The notes under the pieces are model-generated. The model was not told where the DNA came from, did no database searches, and saw only the letters and a list, made by a program, of their open reading frames with translations. Shown piece by piece: positions 61,836 through 64,000 of a stretch of DNA of 64,000 nucleotides (position 1 is the stretch's first letter; every line of letters begins with the position of its first letter). Position numbers and translations under genes: made by a program. Source of the DNA: Octopus vulgaris (Eukaryota); NCBI GenBank assembly GCA_951406725.2, contig OX597816.1, positions 69,068,001 through 69,132,000 of the forward strand. Direction: 5' to 3'.

Positions 61836-64000
61836 AGTCAGCGTAAATTTTCTATATTGTAAATTAGAGTTAAGATAGACCTTTTTTCCGGTTTGAAGAA
61901 GATTGGACATGTGTGTAGCATGTTGAAAAACTGCGTTGATATCTCTATCCTCTATATTTCATCATTTTGTGTCAGAAAAATACTACTAACTTTCGTTTGT
62001 TGCCTATCAATTTGATATAAACTGAAAGTCAAGTATTAATATAATATTCCAATATTAAAGACACTTCAACTATCATATTTCTGTATAAGGTGAAATTCTA
62101 TAAAGGAAAAGACCGATATAAAATAGACACTCAAGGGGTTAGTTTAATTTCTAAAATTTATTTTAAAATTCCAGATCAGTTATGGTATCAGTAAAAAGAT
62201 TAATTACAATGTTTCAAATTGTTAAGCTCAAACTATCATACAATATGCTTTAATTGTATATGCCCTTACTAATATGAAATTCTGCAATATTTTAAATTTA
62301 TTTTTGTATAAACTAACATATAATACATCTCGTAGTTTCAACTGAGAAACATACTTAACTGGGCCGAAAGAGTAAGTAAATATACTCTTCATAATAGTAT
62401 ATTAAATTGTAAGTCGTATAAATATTATTTGGTTATAAACCACATTATACAACATATGTCTTGAATATCTCTATTATATTTCACTTATCAAAACTTCTAG
62501 CAAGAATACTTTCAATAGCAGACATCATTCCTGGAAAATATATTCAAAATGGAGATTATATTCGTTTTATTTATGACATTATAAAATGGTTTCCAGTCTT
62601 TTATATATTTTCATGAATCTGCTTTAGTTTAAGTATATATACTCAATGGTATTAATGAATATTTGAATATTCAAAATCGCATGCTTACTCGTCCACAAAA
62701 GTGTGCGAATATATGAGTGTGCACGTACTCAGTTCTGCTTTAACATGAACATAAAACGCTTCGTATTCTTCGGTGACTTCTTTCGAAGGTTAGTCATTTC
62801 GCTTTTCTTTTAATAATCTTAGTAACAGATTTATTACCAGAATCTAAATTGAAATGTAGTAGCATGTTTCATGCGTTTAAAATATCAAAGGCTTTAGCAA
62901 AAAATGACAAAGTCGATAAAGTTTTTAACTGCTTGGTGTTGGATCGTGGGTTCAAATCTGCATCACATATAAACACCAGGGGTGGAAGTTTTATATTTTC
63001 CCTTTACTGATATCTCTTGGAAATAGCAACTACATATCTAATGATGTATCTAATATATGCTTACATCATAAATAATAGACGCGCTTCATATTTTGTAGCT
63101 TTAAAATTTTCAGCTTTTTTTTTCATATTTGTTTTATAGTAGTATTTTATTGTCCTGTTTCTTTTTTATGCATGAAGTTATACTGGCGTTACTATGGCTT
63201 TTTCAGTTTCGGTGAGTACCATATGATTTGTTTAGATATTATCACAAGAATTTTGAATAGTCATCGTTAAAATTATAAGTTCACATTTCAGTTTGCGACT
63301 TTATGGTTTGTTTGTTTATATTAGAATTGTAGAATTTAAATTGTTATACGTGTTGTATTCTGTCATTAATTATCTATTGGTCTAGGGAATTCTAATGTAT
63401 ATTGACGAGTTATACACAAGTATTTTCGTTTCCATACTTAATTTTGTTTGTGCTGTATAGTATGTAATAATCCCGTGTAAATGCAGTGGGTAGTAGCAAC
63501 ATAGTGTTGAAATCGCGAATATAACTTTCACATTTGCTGTAGAATTTATAAATCACATTGAGTGCGAGGAACGTATTTACACTTTTACATGTCTGCAGTT
63601 TCCTTTTGTAGTATATTATTCAAGTTAATTTATAGTTTAATGCAATTCATTGTTCTTTTTGTTTTCTGCTATTATTTATGATATGTTTATATATTCTATT
63701 GTTCGTCTGCATTTGATTTATATATTCTAGTGTGGCTGGTGTGATATGATTTCAATCGGTGCGATATCTAACGTATCTAGTATTTTGTTTATGTCTCTGT
63801 TGCAGACTGGCAGAGTGTAATATATTTTTAGACTAGTTTTTCATTGATTTAGTGTTTGTTTATTTTCGACTATTTCTTTATTTAGAGATTCGCTTGTGAA
63901 AGAGATTCTAAATGTTCTGATAGAGGATTTAATACCGATATTTTGTATGCGTATGAATATTAATTCCCACTACGTAAGTAATTGTTAAATATCTGACTGA

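Overview
Very AT-rich, repeat-dominated eukaryotic DNA. The SINE set and long (TA)n/(TG)n tracts look like an octopus (coleoid cephalopod) genome; this is recognition, not a database result. I found no confidently identifiable host gene, only one weak exon candidate, and most long ORFs in the track are translations of (TA)n microsatellites. The window holds three tRNA-derived SINE families, decayed Tc1/mariner transposons and MITEs, and LINE fragments (CR1-like, RTE-like, R4/Dong-like, L1/Tx1-like). It also holds Helentron-associated-like elements, two multi-kilobase (TA)n arrays and three Penelope-like (Naiad-type RT, two with GIY-YIG remnants) retroelement copies. The main signal not shown by the ORF track is a set of about 12 minimal hammerhead-ribozyme (HHR) motifs read by eye. 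They lie in Penelope-like ends and short non-coding units, mostly next to (TA)n. Several have non-canonical cores: a G3:C8 swap, and a recurrent U4C change in different sequence contexts. Several insertions show a fold-back (inverted terminal copy) architecture.
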